Source: Alphaproteobacteria bacterium (lineage in GTDB: Bacteria > Pseudomonadota > Alphaproteobacteria > Bin95). From it: a stretch of DNA of 64,000 nucleotides. A program made the translations under genes and the position numbers. The notes under the pieces are model-generated. The model saw only the letters and a program-made list of their open reading frames with translations, was not told the origin of the DNA and made no database searches. The stretch lies in assembly GCA_964291285.2 (NCBI GenBank), contig OZ219787.1, positions 576,001 through 640,000 on the forward strand, in the 5' to 3' direction. Position 1 is the stretch's first letter. Every line of letters starts with the position of its first letter. Shown here in pieces: positions 1 through 10,816 of the stretch.

Positions 1-1317
1 GAACACGCCGAGCAGCCGGGCGCCGAGCGCGCCGTCCACCGCGCGGTGGTCGCAGGAGAGCGTGCAGCTCATCACGGTGGCGACCGCGAGCGCGCCCTTC
101 TTCACGACCGGGCGCTGTTCCCCCGCGCCGACCGCGAGGATTGTCCCTTGCGGCGGGTTGATGACGGCGTCGAATTGCCGGATGCCGAACATACCGAGAT
201 TGGAGACGCTGGTGGTACCGCCCTGGTATTCCTCCGGCATCAGCTTGCCCTCGCGGGCGCGGGCGGCGAAGTCCGCCATCTCGGTGGAAATCTCGGCGAG
301 CCCCTTCGCCTCCGCCCGGCGCACGACCGGCGTCACCAGCCCGTTGGGTATCGAGACGGCCACCGACACATCGACCTGCTGGAATTTCAACAAGCCATCT
401 TCGGTCCAGGCGGCATTGGCGTCCGGCACGCGGCAAAGCGCCGTCGCCAGCGCCTTGATGACGAAATCGTTGACCGAGACCTTGACGCCTTCCGGCGCGC
501 GCAGATTGATCTCCCGGCGCGCCTCCAGCAGCTCGTCGATCTCGCAATCGACCGTCAGGTAGAAATGCGGGACCGTCTGCTTGGACTCGGTCAGCCGGCG
601 CGCGATGACCTTGCGCATGTTCGAATGCCTGATGCGCTCGAAGGGCGGCAGGCCCGGCAACCGATCCGGTTCCGCCGGAGCTGAAGGCGCCGCCATGTCC
701 TGCCGGAGTTCGCGCTCGATGTCCCGCTTGACGATCCGGCCCTCGGGCCCGCTGCCGGCCACGCCTTCCAAGGGAAGCTCGGCCTCGCCCGCCATCCGCC
801 GCGCCAGCGGGCTTGCAAAAATCCGCCCGCGGACCTCATCCGCCTCGGCCGGAGTTGCCCGCCCCGCGGCCCGGCGCACATCGTCGCGCGTGATCCGGCC
901 GTGCGCGCCGCTGCCGGTGAGCGTCGAGAGCTCGATGCCGGCGAGAGCGGCCATTCGGCGGGCGAGCGGCGTGGCCTTCACTTCCCCGTCCGGCCGGACG
1001 GGTGCCGCTTCGGCTTCGGGCGACGGAACGGGGGGCGCGGACGGCGCCGCGGCCGTCTCTTCGCCCAGTTTCTCGCCTTCCTCCACCAGCAAGGCGATTA
1101 CGGCGTTGACGGCGACGCCTTCGCTGCCTTCCGGCACCACGATACGCCCGACAATGCCTTCATCGACCGCCTCGACTTCCATCGTCGCCTTGTCGGTCTC
1201 GATCTCGGCGATCACATCGCCCGGCTCCACCCTGTCGCCCTGGCCCACCAGCCACTTGACGAGATTGCCCTCCGTCATCGTCGGCGACAAAGCCGGCATC
1301 AGGATCTCGGTCGCCAT
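1..1317 (-). CDS. pdhC: Pyruvate dehydrogenase E2, dihydrolipoamide acetyltransferase (3' end runs off the window)
   Basis: Hand translation from ATG at 1317: [19 protein letters not shown]...ETDKAT lipoyl motif, subunit-binding domains, PHFYL, SNLGMFGI, DHRAVDGA catalytic motif. Not in the ORF track because it has no stop inside the window. Confidence 0.95.
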   Translation of the reverse strand, partial: MATEILMPALSPTMTEGNLVKWLVGQGDRVEPGDVIAEIETDKATMEVEAVDEGIVGRIVVPEGSEGVAVNAVIALLVEEGEKLGEETAAAPSAPPVPSPEAEAAPVRPDGEVKATPLARRMAALAGIELSTLTGSGAHGRITRDDVRRAAGRATPAEADEVRGRIFASPLARRMAGEAELPLEGVAGSGPEGRIVKRDIERELRQDMAAPSAPAEPDRLPGLPPFERIRHSNMRKVIARRLTESKQTVPHFYLTVDCEIDELLEARREINLRAPEGVKVSVNDFVIKALATALCRVPDANAAWTEDGLLKFQQVDVSVAVSIPNGLVTPVVRRAEAKGLAEISTEMADFAARAREGKLMPEEYQGGTTSVSNLGMFGIRQFDAVINPPQGTILAVGAGEQRPVVKKGALAVATVMSCTLSCDHRAVDGALGARLLGVF

Positions 1318-1331
1318 TCCAGGCCTTCCCT

Positions 1332-2687
1332 TCAGGCGTAGCAGACGGCCCGCGTCGCGGCGGCAATGCGCGCCGCGTCCGGCAGGGCCAGCGCTTCGAG
1401 ATTGGCGGCATAGGGCATCGGCACGTCTTCCCCGGTCACGCGCGCGACCGGGGCGTCCAGCCAGTCGAAGGCGTCCTCCATCGCAATCGCCGCAATCTCC
1501 GAGCCGATACCGGCCACGGGCCAGCCTTCCTCGACGGAGACGATGCGGTTCGTCTTGCGGATGGACGCCGCAACGGTCTCCCGGTCGAGCGGTCGCAGCG
1601 TGCGAAGATCGATGACTTCCGCACCGATGCCTTCCGAGGCCAGCATGTCGGCCGCCTCGAGCGCCGTGGCGCACATGCGCGAGAAGGCCACGATGGTTAC
1701 GTCCCGGCCGGGGCGCAACACTTTCGCGCGGCCGATGGGCACAGTGTAGGCGGGATCGGTGGGCACCTCCCCGCGCTGGCCGTAGAGAATCTCGTTTTCC
1801 AGGAAGATGACCGGGTTCGGGTTCCGGATCGCCGTCTTTAGCAGGCCCTTCGCATCCGCGGCCGAAAACGGCGAGACGACGATCATGCCCGGGACATGCG
1901 CATACCAGCTGGCATAGCATTGCGAATGCTGCGCGGCGACGCGCGAGGCCGCCCCGTTCGGGCCCCGGAAGACGATCGGGCAACCCATCTGGCCGCCGGA
2001 CATGTAGAGCGTCTTCGCGGCTGAATTGACGATCTGATCAATGGCCTGCATGGCGAAGTTGAAGGTCATGAACTCGACCACGGGGCGCAGCCCGCCGAAG
2101 GCCGCGCCGACGCCGAGCCCCGCAAACCCGTGCTCGGTAATCGGCGTGTCGCGGACCCGGCGGGGCCCGAACTCGGCGAGCAGGCCCTGCGTCACCTTGT
2201 AGGCGCCTTCATATTCCGCGACTTCCTCGCCCATCACGAAGACCGACTCGTCGCGGCGCATTTCCTCCGCCATGGCGTCCCGGAGCGCCTCGCGCACGGT
2301 CATCTCCACCGTCTCGCCCCGGTAATCGGCCTCGGGCACAGGCTCCGGTTTCGACGCCTCGCGCCTGGGTTGAGCCGGCGCCGGAAGCGGCGGGTCCGCA
2401 AGCGGGGGCGGCATTTCAGCGACCGGAACGGCGTCCGCGCTTTCGCCCTCGCCTCTCAGCCACAGGATCGTGGCGTTGACCTCGATGCCTTCGGCCCCTT
2501 CCGGAACGGCGAGGCTGGCGACAATGCCTTCGTCCACCGCTTCGACTTCCATCGTCGCCTTGTCGGTCTCGATTTCCGCCAGCACGTCGCCGGGGCTGAC
2601 GCGGTCGCCCTCTGCGACGAGCCATTTGGCAAGCGTTCCTTCCGTCATGGTCGGCGACAATGCCGGCATGGTCACGGCGACAGGCAT
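1332..2687 (-). CDS. pdhB: Pyruvate dehydrogenase E1 beta subunit with N-terminal lipoyl domain
   Basis: ETDKATME lipoyl motif, then [37 protein letters not shown]. Confidence 0.97.
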   Translation of the reverse strand: MPVAVTMPALSPTMTEGTLAKWLVAEGDRVSPGDVLAEIETDKATMEVEAVDEGIVASLAVPEGAEGIEVNATILWLRGEGESADAVPVAEMPPPLADPPLPAPAQPRREASKPEPVPEADYRGETVEMTVREALRDAMAEEMRRDESVFVMGEEVAEYEGAYKVTQGLLAEFGPRRVRDTPITEHGFAGLGVGAAFGGLRPVVEFMTFNFAMQAIDQIVNSAAKTLYMSGGQMGCPIVFRGPNGAASRVAAQHSQCYASWYAHVPGMIVVSPFSAADAKGLLKTAIRNPNPVIFLENEILYGQRGEVPTDPAYTVPIGRAKVLRPGRDVTIVAFSRMCATALEAADMLASEGIGAEVIDLRTLRPLDRETVAASIRKTNRIVSVEEGWPVAGIGSEIAAIAMEDAFDWLDAPVARVTGEDVPMPYAANLEALALPDAARIAAATRAVCYA

Positions 2688-2691
2688 CGCG

Positions 2692-3723
2692 TCATGTCTC
2701 CAGAAGGACGTCGGTATGCAATTCGGAGGGTGCGGGCTCCGGGCTCGCCTCGGCGAACTGCGCGGCGTCAGCGACGACCTCCCTGATCTCGGTGTCGATC
2801 GCCTTCAGCGCGTCCCCGTCCGCATGGCCTTCGCTCTCCAGCACATGGCGCAGCCTCTCGATGGGGTCGCGGTCGCGGCGCATCCGGTTGACCTCTTCGC
2901 GTGTGCGGTATTTCGCGGGGTCCGACATCGAATGCCCGCGATAGCGGTAGGTCTCCATCTCCAGAATGACCGGCTTGCCGCTGCGCGCCTCGGCCACCGC
3001 TTCGCTCGCGGCCGCATGGACGGAGCGCACATCCATGCCGTCCACCAGCCTGCCCGGAATCCCGAAGCCGCCGCCCCGCGCGTGGAGGCCGGACCCGGCC
3101 GCCGCCCGCGAGACTGCCGTGCCCATGCCGTATTTGTTGTTCTCGATCACGAACAGCACCGGCAACTCCCAGAGCGCGGCGAGATTGAGCGACTCATAGA
3201 CCTGCCCCTGGTTGGCCGCCCCGTCGCCGAAATAGACGACCGACACGCCGTCCTCGCCCCTGTAGCAGTGCGAGAAGCCGAGGCCGACGCCGATGGGCAC
3301 CTGCGCGGCGACGATGCCATGCCCGCCGAAGAAGTTCTTCTCCCGCGAGAACATGTGCATGGAGCCGCCCTTGCCGCGCGAATAGCCCCCCTCGCGGCCC
3401 GTGAGCTCCGCCATGACGCCGCGCGCATCCATGCCCGCCGCCAGCATGTGTCCGTGGTCCCGATAGCCGGTGACGACGGAGTCCCGCTCGCCGAGGCAGG
3501 CCTGAATGCCGACGACCACCGCCTCCTGGCCGATATAGAGGTGGCAGAAGCCGCCGATCAGGCCCATGCCGTACATCTGCCCCGCCCGCTCCTCGAAGCG
3601 GCGGATCAGCAGCATGTCCCGATACCAGCGCAGCAGCTGGCCGGAATCCGGGGCCGCGCCGTTGGCGCGCCCGTTCCGCTTCGGCGCTGCGCCGCCCCGT
3701 TTCTTCGACGGCTGCCTGCTCAT
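2692..3723 (-). CDS. pdhA: Pyruvate dehydrogenase E1 alpha subunit
   Basis: [30 protein letters not shown] motif, [11 protein letters not shown]; start chosen at MSRQ (3723). Confidence 0.97.
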   Translation of the reverse strand: MSRQPSKKRGGAAPKRNGRANGAAPDSGQLLRWYRDMLLIRRFEERAGQMYGMGLIGGFCHLYIGQEAVVVGIQACLGERDSVVTGYRDHGHMLAAGMDARGVMAELTGREGGYSRGKGGSMHMFSREKNFFGGHGIVAAQVPIGVGLGFSHCYRGEDGVSVVYFGDGAANQGQVYESLNLAALWELPVLFVIENNKYGMGTAVSRAAAGSGLHARGGGFGIPGRLVDGMDVRSVHAAASEAVAEARSGKPVILEMETYRYRGHSMSDPAKYRTREEVNRMRRDRDPIERLRHVLESEGHADGDALKAIDTEIREVVADAAQFAEASPEPAPSELHTDVLLET

Positions 3724-3751
3724 GTCCGGCCTCCGCGTTCCAGGAACCCGT

Positions 3752-4075
3752 TCACCCCGTTTCCGCATCCAGCAGGATGACGATCTCGTCCGGCCGCCCG
3801 ACATGCAGCAGGGCGCGGACATATTCGTCGAGCAGGTCGGCATCGGCCGGGTCCTGCTTGAGCTGGGCGGCGCGCAACTCCAGGCGGTCGCGATGCTGCA
3901 CGAGCACATCGTGCCGGGCCTGGACCTCGGTAATCCTGCGCTCGATCTCCATCAGCGACAGCGCGCCATGCTCTCCCACCAGGGCGTGGTAACCGAAGTA
4001 AACGGCAATGCAGGCAGCCGCCACCGGACCGACCGCCAGCTTCAACAGACGCTGCGTTTCGCTGCGTGTCGACAT
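3752..4075 (-). CDS. ftsB: Septum formation initiator (FtsB/DivIC family)
   Basis: Single TM (YFGYHALVGEHG), coiled coil, DLLDEYVR..L..GRPDEIV; usual position upstream of pdhA. Confidence 0.8.
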   Translation of the reverse strand: MSTRSETQRLLKLAVGPVAAACIAVYFGYHALVGEHGALSLMEIERRITEVQARHDVLVQHRDRLELRAAQLKQDPADADLLDEYVRALLHVGRPDEIVILLDAETG

Positions 4076-4213
4076 GATGCGGCAAGGAAACACGATGCGC
4101 CCGCCGGGTCAATCCGGAGACGCGCGCGCCTGCGATTTTCTGGCCGGCCCGCGCGATTCATGCTTCCCTCCCCCGCACCTAATGCCCTGTAGCGGTTTTC
4201 GGGAAATGTCCGC

Positions 4214-5224
4214 ATGATCGAGCTCTCGATTTACAGTTCCATCGCCAATCCGCCCCGCGGCGACAACCTCGACCGCTGCATGGCGGAGGCCGTGCGGGAG
4301 GCGGAAGCGGCGGAGGCGGCCGGGTTTGCCGGCTTCTTCGTCGGAGAGCATCACCAGGACAAGGACGGCTTCCTGCCCTCGCCTTTCGTGGTGCTGGCGG
4401 CGGTTGCGGCGCGCACAAGCCGCATCCGCGTCGGGACCGCCGTGCTGCTGCTCCCGCTGCACCACCCGATCCGGGTCGCCGAGGACGCCGCGACGCTCGA
4501 TGTCATCTCCGGCGGGCGAACCGTGCTCGGCGTCGGCCTCGGCTACCAGGACGCGGATTTCCGCGCCGCCGGCGTCGAGAAGCGCGAGCGGGTGCCCCGC
4601 TTCGAGGAGGCCGTGGCGATCCTGCGCCAGGCCTGGACCGGCGAGCCGATCCGGCACCGGGGCCGGTCGTTCGAGATCGACGGCGTGCGCGTGACGCCGT
4701 CCCCATTGCAGAAGCCGGGCATACCGGTCTGGGTCGGGGGATGGGTGCCCGCGGCCGTGGAGCGCGCCGGGAGGCTGGGCGATGCGCTGGTGCTGGGCCC
4801 CTCCTTCACGCTGGAGGAGAACCGGGCGCTGGCGGACCGCTACCGCGCCGCCGCCGAGGCCGCCGGACGGGTGCCGCAACTCGTGCTCATGCGCGACGCC
4901 TGGGTCGCGGACAGCTTCGAGCAGGCAGCACGGATCTACGGCCCGGAAGTCTCCGACGCCTACGGCTATTACTGGCGCAACGGCGCCACCGCCTTCCGCG
5001 GCTTCGCGTCGGAGGCCGAGCTCCGGTTCGAGAATGTCTGGAAGGACCGGATCATCGCCGGCGCGCCGGAAACCTGCATTGCCGAATTCAGGCGCTGGTC
5101 GGAGGCCCTGGGCGTGAACAGCTTCATCCTCCGCCTCCGCCACGCCCATTCCGGCGGCCCGCCGCACCGCGAGATCGTAACGGCCATCGAGCGCTTCGGC
5201 CGCGACGTGATCCCCTATCTGTAG
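4214..5224 (+). CDS. LLM-class flavin-dependent oxidoreductase (luciferase-like)
   Basis: GEHH, SPFVVLAAVAARTSRIRVGT, HPIRVAEDAATLDVISGGR motifs. Confidence 0.9.
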   Translation: MIELSIYSSIANPPRGDNLDRCMAEAVREAEAAEAAGFAGFFVGEHHQDKDGFLPSPFVVLAAVAARTSRIRVGTAVLLLPLHHPIRVAEDAATLDVISGGRTVLGVGLGYQDADFRAAGVEKRERVPRFEEAVAILRQAWTGEPIRHRGRSFEIDGVRVTPSPLQKPGIPVWVGGWVPAAVERAGRLGDALVLGPSFTLEENRALADRYRAAAEAAGRVPQLVLMRDAWVADSFEQAARIYGPEVSDAYGYYWRNGATAFRGFASEAELRFENVWKDRIIAGAPETCIAEFRRWSEALGVNSFILRLRHAHSGGPPHREIVTAIERFGRDVIPYL

Positions 5225-5310
5225 CCGCTCGGGAAAGGCCCGGCCGCCTTGCGCGGCACACGGTCCCCGCCGCATACTGGCGTCCCGGTCAGGGTAGCGA
5301 ATTCAGGGTC

Positions 5311-5838
5311 ATGCTCGACCTGCCGAACCTGCTCAGCCTGTCGAGAATAGCGGCTTTGCCGCCGCTTGCGCTGCTGCTTGCAACGGGCGAGAACTGGTGG
5401 GCGGCGGCGTTGTTCGTCGCCGCAGCCGCAACGGACTTCTTCGACGGCTACCTCGCCCGGCAGCAGGGAAAGGTGACCGCCTTCGGGACCATGATCGACC
5501 CGATCGCGGACAAGGTTCTGGTGAACGGGACGGCGCTGCTGCTGGCGGGCCTGGGCGGTCTCGGGGTCTGGGGCACACTGGCCGCCGCGCTCATTCTCGT
5601 GCGCGAATTCGTCGTGTCCGGCCTGCGCGAAGCGGCAGGCAGCGGCGCGCTGCCGGTCACCCGCATCGCGAAATACAAGTCGGCGGCGCAGATGGCGGCG
5701 CTGACCCTGCTGATCGCCAGCCCCGAACTGCCCCCGGCGACGCATGGGGCCGGCGTCGTGCTGCTTTGGGTCGCCGCCCTGCTCACGCTCTGGACGGGCG
5801 CCGGCTATGTCCGCAAGGCGCTGGGCGCATCCGGATGA
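5311..5838 (+). CDS. pgsA: CDP-diacylglycerol--glycerol-3-phosphate 3-phosphatidyltransferase
   Basis: LPNLLSLSRI, TDFFDGYLAR...G..IDPIADK CDP-alcohol phosphotransferase motif. Confidence 0.9.
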   Translation: MLDLPNLLSLSRIAALPPLALLLATGENWWAAALFVAAAATDFFDGYLARQQGKVTAFGTMIDPIADKVLVNGTALLLAGLGGLGVWGTLAAALILVREFVVSGLREAAGSGALPVTRIAKYKSAAQMAALTLLIASPELPPATHGAGVVLLWVAALLTLWTGAGYVRKALGASG

Positions 5839-6347
5839 AGGCGCTCGGCATTGCAGGCTGGAGCGGCAGCGGCAAGACCACGCTCGTGCTCAGGCTCATC
5901 CCGGCGCTCAGGCAGCGCGGCGTTTCGGTCTCCACCGTCAAGCATGCACACCATAATTTCGACGTGGACAAGCCCGGCAAGGATTCCTGGGAACACCGGC
6001 AGGCGGGCGCCCGGGAAGTGCTGGTGGCGTCCGGCCGGCGCTGGGCGCTGATGCGGGAGTTGCGAGAGGAGGCCGAACCTCCCCTGGCCGAACTGCTCGC
6101 CCGGCTCTCGCCCGTGGACCTCGTGCTGGTCGAGGGCTACAAGCGCGAGCCGCATCCCAAGCTGGTGGTTCACCGAGCGACCGTCGAGGCCGGGGCTCTC
6201 TGGCCGGACGACCCCGATGTCCTTGCGGTCGCATGCGATGGGGAGACCGCGGAGCATGTGCGGGCGGACGGCCTCCCCGCCCTCGACCTTGACGATCCGG
6301 ACGCCATCGCCGATTTCATCGTCGAGCGGCTGGAGTTGCTGGTTTGA
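5835..6347 (+). CDS. mobB: Molybdopterin-guanine dinucleotide biosynthesis protein B
   Basis: GWSGSGKTT P-loop, KHAHHNFDVDKPGKDS, LVEGYK. Confidence 0.93.
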   Translation: MKALGIAGWSGSGKTTLVLRLIPALRQRGVSVSTVKHAHHNFDVDKPGKDSWEHRQAGAREVLVASGRRWALMRELREEAEPPLAELLARLSPVDLVLVEGYKREPHPKLVVHRATVEAGALWPDDPDVLAVACDGETAEHVRADGLPALDLDDPDAIADFIVERLELLV

Positions 6348-6595
6348 AGATCCTCTATTTCGCCTGGTTGCGCGACAAGGCCGGCATGTCGGAATGGCAG
6401 GTGTCGCCCCCGCCCGGCATCGCCACTGTCGGCGCGCTGATCGACTGGCTGGCGGCGCAGAACCCGAGCCAGGCAGAGGTCTTCGCCGACCGCTCGGTCG
6501 TCCGCGTCGCGGTCAACCAGGACTTCGCCGAAGCCGACACGCCCGTCGGCCCCGGCGACGAGGTGGCCTTCTTTCCCCCCGTTACCGGAGGTTGA
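6344..6595 (+). CDS. moaD: Molybdopterin synthase sulfur carrier subunit
   Basis: KILYFAWLR start, C-terminal EVAFFPPVTGG. Confidence 0.95.
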   Translation: MKILYFAWLRDKAGMSEWQVSPPPGIATVGALIDWLAAQNPSQAEVFADRSVVRVAVNQDFAEADTPVGPGDEVAFFPPVTGG

Positions 6596-6600
6596 CACGG

Positions 6601-7047
6601 ATGATCCGGGTCCAGCGCGAGTCCTTCGATGTCGGGCGCGAGATCGCCGCGCTTACCGCCGGCAACACGCGCATCGGCGGCGTCGCCAGCTTCGTCGGGC
6701 TGGTGCGCGACCTGGGCGGGCTGCGCTCCATGACCCTGGAGCACTATCCCGGCATGACGGAGCGCCAGCTGGAGCTGATCGACGCCGAAGCGCACCGGCG
6801 CTGGCCGCTGGAGGCGTCCCTGATCGTCCACCGCTACGGGCGGCTGGAGCCGGGTGAGCCCATCGTGCTGACGATCACCGCCTCGGCCCACCGCCAGGCC
6901 GCCTTCGACAGCTGCAATTTCCTGATGGATTGGCTCAAGACCGAAGCGCCCTTCTGGAAGCGCGAGGAAGGCGAAGACGGCGAACGCTGGGTCACCGCTC
7001 GCGCCGACGACGATGCAGCGCGCGAGCGCTGGCAGGAGACAGGCTGA
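6601..7047 (+). CDS. moaE: Molybdopterin synthase catalytic subunit
   Basis: [31 protein letters not shown]. Confidence 0.95.
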   Translation: MIRVQRESFDVGREIAALTAGNTRIGGVASFVGLVRDLGGLRSMTLEHYPGMTERQLELIDAEAHRRWPLEASLIVHRYGRLEPGEPIVLTITASAHRQAAFDSCNFLMDWLKTEAPFWKREEGEDGERWVTARADDDAARERWQETG

Positions 7048-7073
7048 CCGTTTCCTTCCAATGGCATTTGTAT

Positions 7074-7110
7074 ATTGGAATTACTTATTGTATTGATAAT
7101 AATATTGCAT
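7074..7110. promoter_or_regulatory. Putative OxyR-type operator upstream of catalase
   Basis: ATTG-N7-TTAT-N7-ATAA-N7-GCAT in an AT-rich island, matching the spacing of ATAG-N7-CTAT-N7-ATAG-N7-CTAT. Confidence 0.55.
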
Positions 7111-7190
7111 TGGAATTGTCGTCGCGCCCCCGGAATCATGCTCGCAACGCTTCGGCGGAACGACATCGATACGAGGAGGCGCAACAGGAA

Positions 7191-8720
7191 ATGCGCGGTT
7201 CCAACGACCTCACCACCGAGTCCGGAGCCCCGGTGGCCGACAACCGGAACAGCCAGAGCGCGGGCCCCGGCGGCCCGCTCCTGCTTCAGGACCGGCATCT
7301 GATCGAGAAGCTCGCCCGCTTCAACCGCGAGCGCATACCGGAACGGGTGGTTCATGCGGTGGGTTCCGGCGCCTGCGGCGTCTTCGAAGTCACCAATCCG
7401 GACGCCGCCCGCTGGACCCGGATGCGCATGTTCGCCAGGGCCGGCAAGCGCACCGAGGTCTTCGTGCGGTTCTCCACATTCGCCGGCTCCAGGGGCGCGG
7501 CCGATACCGTTCGCGACCCGCGTGGTTTCGCCGTCAAGTTCTACACCGAGGACGGCAATTGGGACCTCGCCGGCAACAACACGCCGGTGTTCTTCATCCG
7601 GGACCCGCTGAAATTCCCGGACTTGATACACTCGCAAAAGACCGACCCGCACAGCAACCGGCAGGAAGCAGACAGCGCGTGGGATTTCTTCTCCCATTCG
7701 CCGGAAGCCACGCACCAGTTCACCTGGCTGTTCGGCGACCGGGGCCTGCCGCGCAGCTGGCGGCACATGAACGGCTACGGTTCCCACACCTTCCAGTGGG
7801 TCAACGCCGCCGGCGAGCGCGTCTGGGTGAAGTTCCACTTCAAGACCGACCAGGGCGTCGAGTGCCTCACGGCGGAGGAAGCGGCGCGGATTGCGGGCGA
7901 GGACCCCCGGCATCTGCAGCACGACCTCTACCGGGCCATCGAGCGGGGCAACTACCCGTCATGGACCCTCAAGGTGCAGGTCATGCCGGAGATCGACGCG
8001 GCCGACTACCGGATCGATCCCTTTGACCTCACCAAGGTCTGGCCCCGGAAGGACTATCCCCCGATGGAGGTCGGGCGGATGACGCTCAACCGGCTTCCCG
8101 ACAACTATTTCGCCGAGGTGGAACAGTCGGCCTTCGACCCCGGCCACATGGTGCCGGGCGTGGGGCCAAGCCCGGACAAGATGCTCCAGGCGCGCCTGTT
8201 CGCCTATGGCGATGCCCACCGCTACAGGCTTGGCGTCAACCACACCCGCCTGCCGGTGAACAGCCCGCGCGGCCGGCTCTTCGCCCAGGGAACGAATTAC
8301 GGGCGCGACGGGGCCATGCGCTTCGACGACAATGGCGGCCGGTCAGCGAACTACGAACCGAACAGCTTCGGCGGCCCGGTTGCGACGGGCGAGCCGCTTT
8401 ATGCCGGCATGGAGACCCGCGGCCTCTCCGGCAGCTACCAGCCGGAAATGCGCGGCGTGGACGACTTCATGCAGGCGGGCGACCTGTACCGGCTCATGTC
8501 GGAGGACGAAAAGGACCGTCTCATCGCCGCCATCGCCGAGTCATTGGCGCAGGTGCAGCGCACCGAAATCGGCGACGCCATCGTCTGCCGCTCCCTCGCC
8601 CATTTCCGCCGTGCGGACCGGGAATACGGGCGCCGGGTGGCGGTCGCGGTCAAGGCCAGGCGCGGCGGCGTGCGCACCGCCTGCTTCCGCGCCGGCGAAG
8701 CGGCGAAGGATCAGTCGTAG
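7191..8720 (+). CDS. katA: Monofunctional haem catalase (small-subunit type)
   Basis: [49 protein letters not shown]; GAGGAGG upstream. Confidence 0.95.
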   Translation: MRGSNDLTTESGAPVADNRNSQSAGPGGPLLLQDRHLIEKLARFNRERIPERVVHAVGSGACGVFEVTNPDAARWTRMRMFARAGKRTEVFVRFSTFAGSRGAADTVRDPRGFAVKFYTEDGNWDLAGNNTPVFFIRDPLKFPDLIHSQKTDPHSNRQEADSAWDFFSHSPEATHQFTWLFGDRGLPRSWRHMNGYGSHTFQWVNAAGERVWVKFHFKTDQGVECLTAEEAARIAGEDPRHLQHDLYRAIERGNYPSWTLKVQVMPEIDAADYRIDPFDLTKVWPRKDYPPMEVGRMTLNRLPDNYFAEVEQSAFDPGHMVPGVGPSPDKMLQARLFAYGDAHRYRLGVNHTRLPVNSPRGRLFAQGTNYGRDGAMRFDDNGGRSANYEPNSFGGPVATGEPLYAGMETRGLSGSYQPEMRGVDDFMQAGDLYRLMSEDEKDRLIAAIAESLAQVQRTEIGDAIVCRSLAHFRRADREYGRRVAVAVKARRGGVRTACFRAGEAAKDQS

Positions 8721-9586
8721 ACGGCGGTGGCGATGGTGCCGAGATTGCCTTCCGGCGTCACGGACCAGAGCGTCTGGCTGGCGCCGTCGCCGCCCGGCTT
8801 GCCGGCGACATGGAAGGGCGCGGTGTCGAACAGCGGCGCCCGGGCCTGGAAATCGTAGCGGGCCACGCGCCGTCCCGGCATCTCAGCCATGCCGAGCTCC
8901 AGCATGTGGGTCGTGGTCAGCGGCCCGTGGACGATCAGGCCCGGATAGCCCTCGACCTCGGTCACATATTTGCGGTCGTAGTGGATGCGGTGGCCGTTGA
9001 ACGTGATCGCCGAATAGCGGAACAGCATCACCGGGTCCGGCTCGATTTCCCGGATGAAGGCGTGGTCGGTCGGGGCATTGCCCGTCCTGCCGCTGTTGCC
9101 GCGGCTGTCGGCGGCTTCGGCCGGCGGGTTGTCGCGATAGACGATGTCGTGCTCTTCCTCGATGCAGAGGCCGCGCGGGCTCTCGATCCCGTAGGCAATG
9201 GTGACGATGACCAGCATGCCGGTGCGCCCGTCCTTGATCGCCACATCCTTGATGCGCGCCTTGCGGACGATCTCCTCGCCGATCAGCACGTCCTGCCGGT
9301 AGGTCGTGCGGCAGCCGCCGAACATGCGCCGGGGCAGCGGCGTCGGCGGCAGGAAGCCGCCGCGCTCGGGGTGGCCGTCCGCGCCGATGCCCGACGCCGG
9401 CACGCGCGGGTAGAAATAGCACCAGTGGCCCATCGGCCCGATGGGGTCGCCCATCTGCGGCACATCCGGCTTGTCGAGCAGCGCGGCGAGGCCGTGGATC
9501 TGCATCGGCGAGGCGAAATCGCGGCTTTCCTCGGTGTTGCCGATGGAATCGCGCAAATATTCCAGGTCCGCGGCAGTGTGGGTCAT
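8711..9586 (-). CDS. Double-hotdog (R)-specific acyl-CoA hydratase (mesaconyl-C4-CoA/itaconyl-CoA hydratase-like)
   Basis: [20 protein letters not shown] and [18 protein letters not shown]...[13 protein letters not shown] motifs. Confidence 0.8.
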   Translation of the reverse strand: MTHTAADLEYLRDSIGNTEESRDFASPMQIHGLAALLDKPDVPQMGDPIGPMGHWCYFYPRVPASGIGADGHPERGGFLPPTPLPRRMFGGCRTTYRQDVLIGEEIVRKARIKDVAIKDGRTGMLVIVTIAYGIESPRGLCIEEEHDIVYRDNPPAEAADSRGNSGRTGNAPTDHAFIREIEPDPVMLFRYSAITFNGHRIHYDRKYVTEVEGYPGLIVHGPLTTTHMLELGMAEMPGRRVARYDFQARAPLFDTAPFHVAGKPGGDGASQTLWSVTPEGNLGTIATAVYD

Positions 9587-10710
9587 GGCGAGAATTCCTC
9601 CCGGATCAGGGCGCCGTGTTCGTCCACCTCCGGGATCGGCCCGTATTCCCGAGGCTCTCCATCGAAATAGACCGCCGGCGCAACATGGCTGACAGGTCCG
9701 CCGGGCGTGCCGACTTCCGCGCGGCGGAGCGCCGGGTGCTCCGACAGGTCGGCCACCGTGTTCACGCTGCCGAACGCGACATCCGCCGCCGCCAGCCGGG
9801 CGCGCAGGGTCTCGCGGTCGAGCGCGCCCAGGATCCCTTCGAGCACCGCCTCGACCTCGTCGCGGTTCTCGACCCGGGCCACCTGGGTGGCGTATTTCGG
9901 CGCGGTCGCCAGGTCCGGTCGCTCCAGCACCGTCCCGGCGAAGCGCCGCCATTCGCGGTCGTTCTGGCAGGCGATCATCACCCGGTGGCCGTCGGAGGTC
10001 TCGAAGGCGCCGTAGGGCACCAGCGCCGGGTGGCGGAGCGCCATGCGCGGCCATGTCCGGCCGGCATATTCGTGCCACATCAGCGGCGCCGACATCCAGT
10101 CCGCCATCGAGGCGAACAGCGAGGCCTTGACCGCGGAGCCCCTGCCGTCGATGCCGCGCTTGATGAGCGCCTCCAGCACGGCGGCATGGCTGAACATGCC
10201 GGTCGCGATATCGCAGGCGGACACGCCGATCCGTCCGGGCTCCGCCTCCGATCCCGTCACCGACGCCACGCCGCTCTCGGCCTGCACCAGCATGTCGTAG
10301 GCCTTCATGCGGTCGTAGGGCGGCCCGGTCTCGCCATAGCCGGAAATATCGACCGTGATGAGGCGCGGATAGCGGGCGCGCAGCTCTGCGGAACCGAAAC
10401 CGGCGCGTTCGGTTGCGCCCGGCGCCAGGTTCTGTACCCAGACATCGGCGGATGCGAGGATGCGGTGGAGCAGCGCGCGGTCGTCCTCATCCTTGATGTC
10501 GATGACGAGCGACTGCTTGCCCCGGTTCAGATAGACGAAATAGGTGGAACTGCCGCGCACATAGTTGTCGTAGCCGCGCGCGAAATCGCCCTCCTTGCGT
10601 TCGAGCTTGATCACGCGCGCGCCGGCGTCCGCCAGCCGCGCCGTCAGGAAGGGCGCGGCGACGGCCTGCTCCAGGCTCACCACCAGCAACCCCTCAAGCG
10701 GTCGGTTCAT
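9583..10710 (-). CDS. CaiB/BaiF family (class III) CoA transferase
   Basis: PLEGLLVVSLEQAVAAP, GDFARGYD, NRGKQS, ISGYG, AYDMLVQAESG; 4-bp overlap with the hydratase. Confidence 0.92.
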   Translation of the reverse strand: MNRPLEGLLVVSLEQAVAAPFLTARLADAGARVIKLERKEGDFARGYDNYVRGSSTYFVYLNRGKQSLVIDIKDEDDRALLHRILASADVWVQNLAPGATERAGFGSAELRARYPRLITVDISGYGETGPPYDRMKAYDMLVQAESGVASVTGSEAEPGRIGVSACDIATGMFSHAAVLEALIKRGIDGRGSAVKASLFASMADWMSAPLMWHEYAGRTWPRMALRHPALVPYGAFETSDGHRVMIACQNDREWRRFAGTVLERPDLATAPKYATQVARVENRDEVEAVLEGILGALDRETLRARLAAADVAFGSVNTVADLSEHPALRRAEVGTPGGPVSHVAPAVYFDGEPREYGPIPEVDEHGALIREEFSP

Positions 10711-10816
10711 GTCGGCCCCTCCCTACCGGCGCAAACGCAGGATAGGCAGTCCCGCCCCGCCTGCAAACCGGCGCGCAGGCCGCCGGTCCGGCTGCGCCGC
10801 GCCCTGCAACCGATTC

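Noticed and set aside
1172-2573. ~32-nt identical DNA at 1172-1203 and 2542-2573
   Set aside because: Encodes the conserved lipoyl motif ([11 protein letters not shown]) in PdhC and PdhB; a lipoyl domain on E1-beta is normal in alphaproteobacteria.
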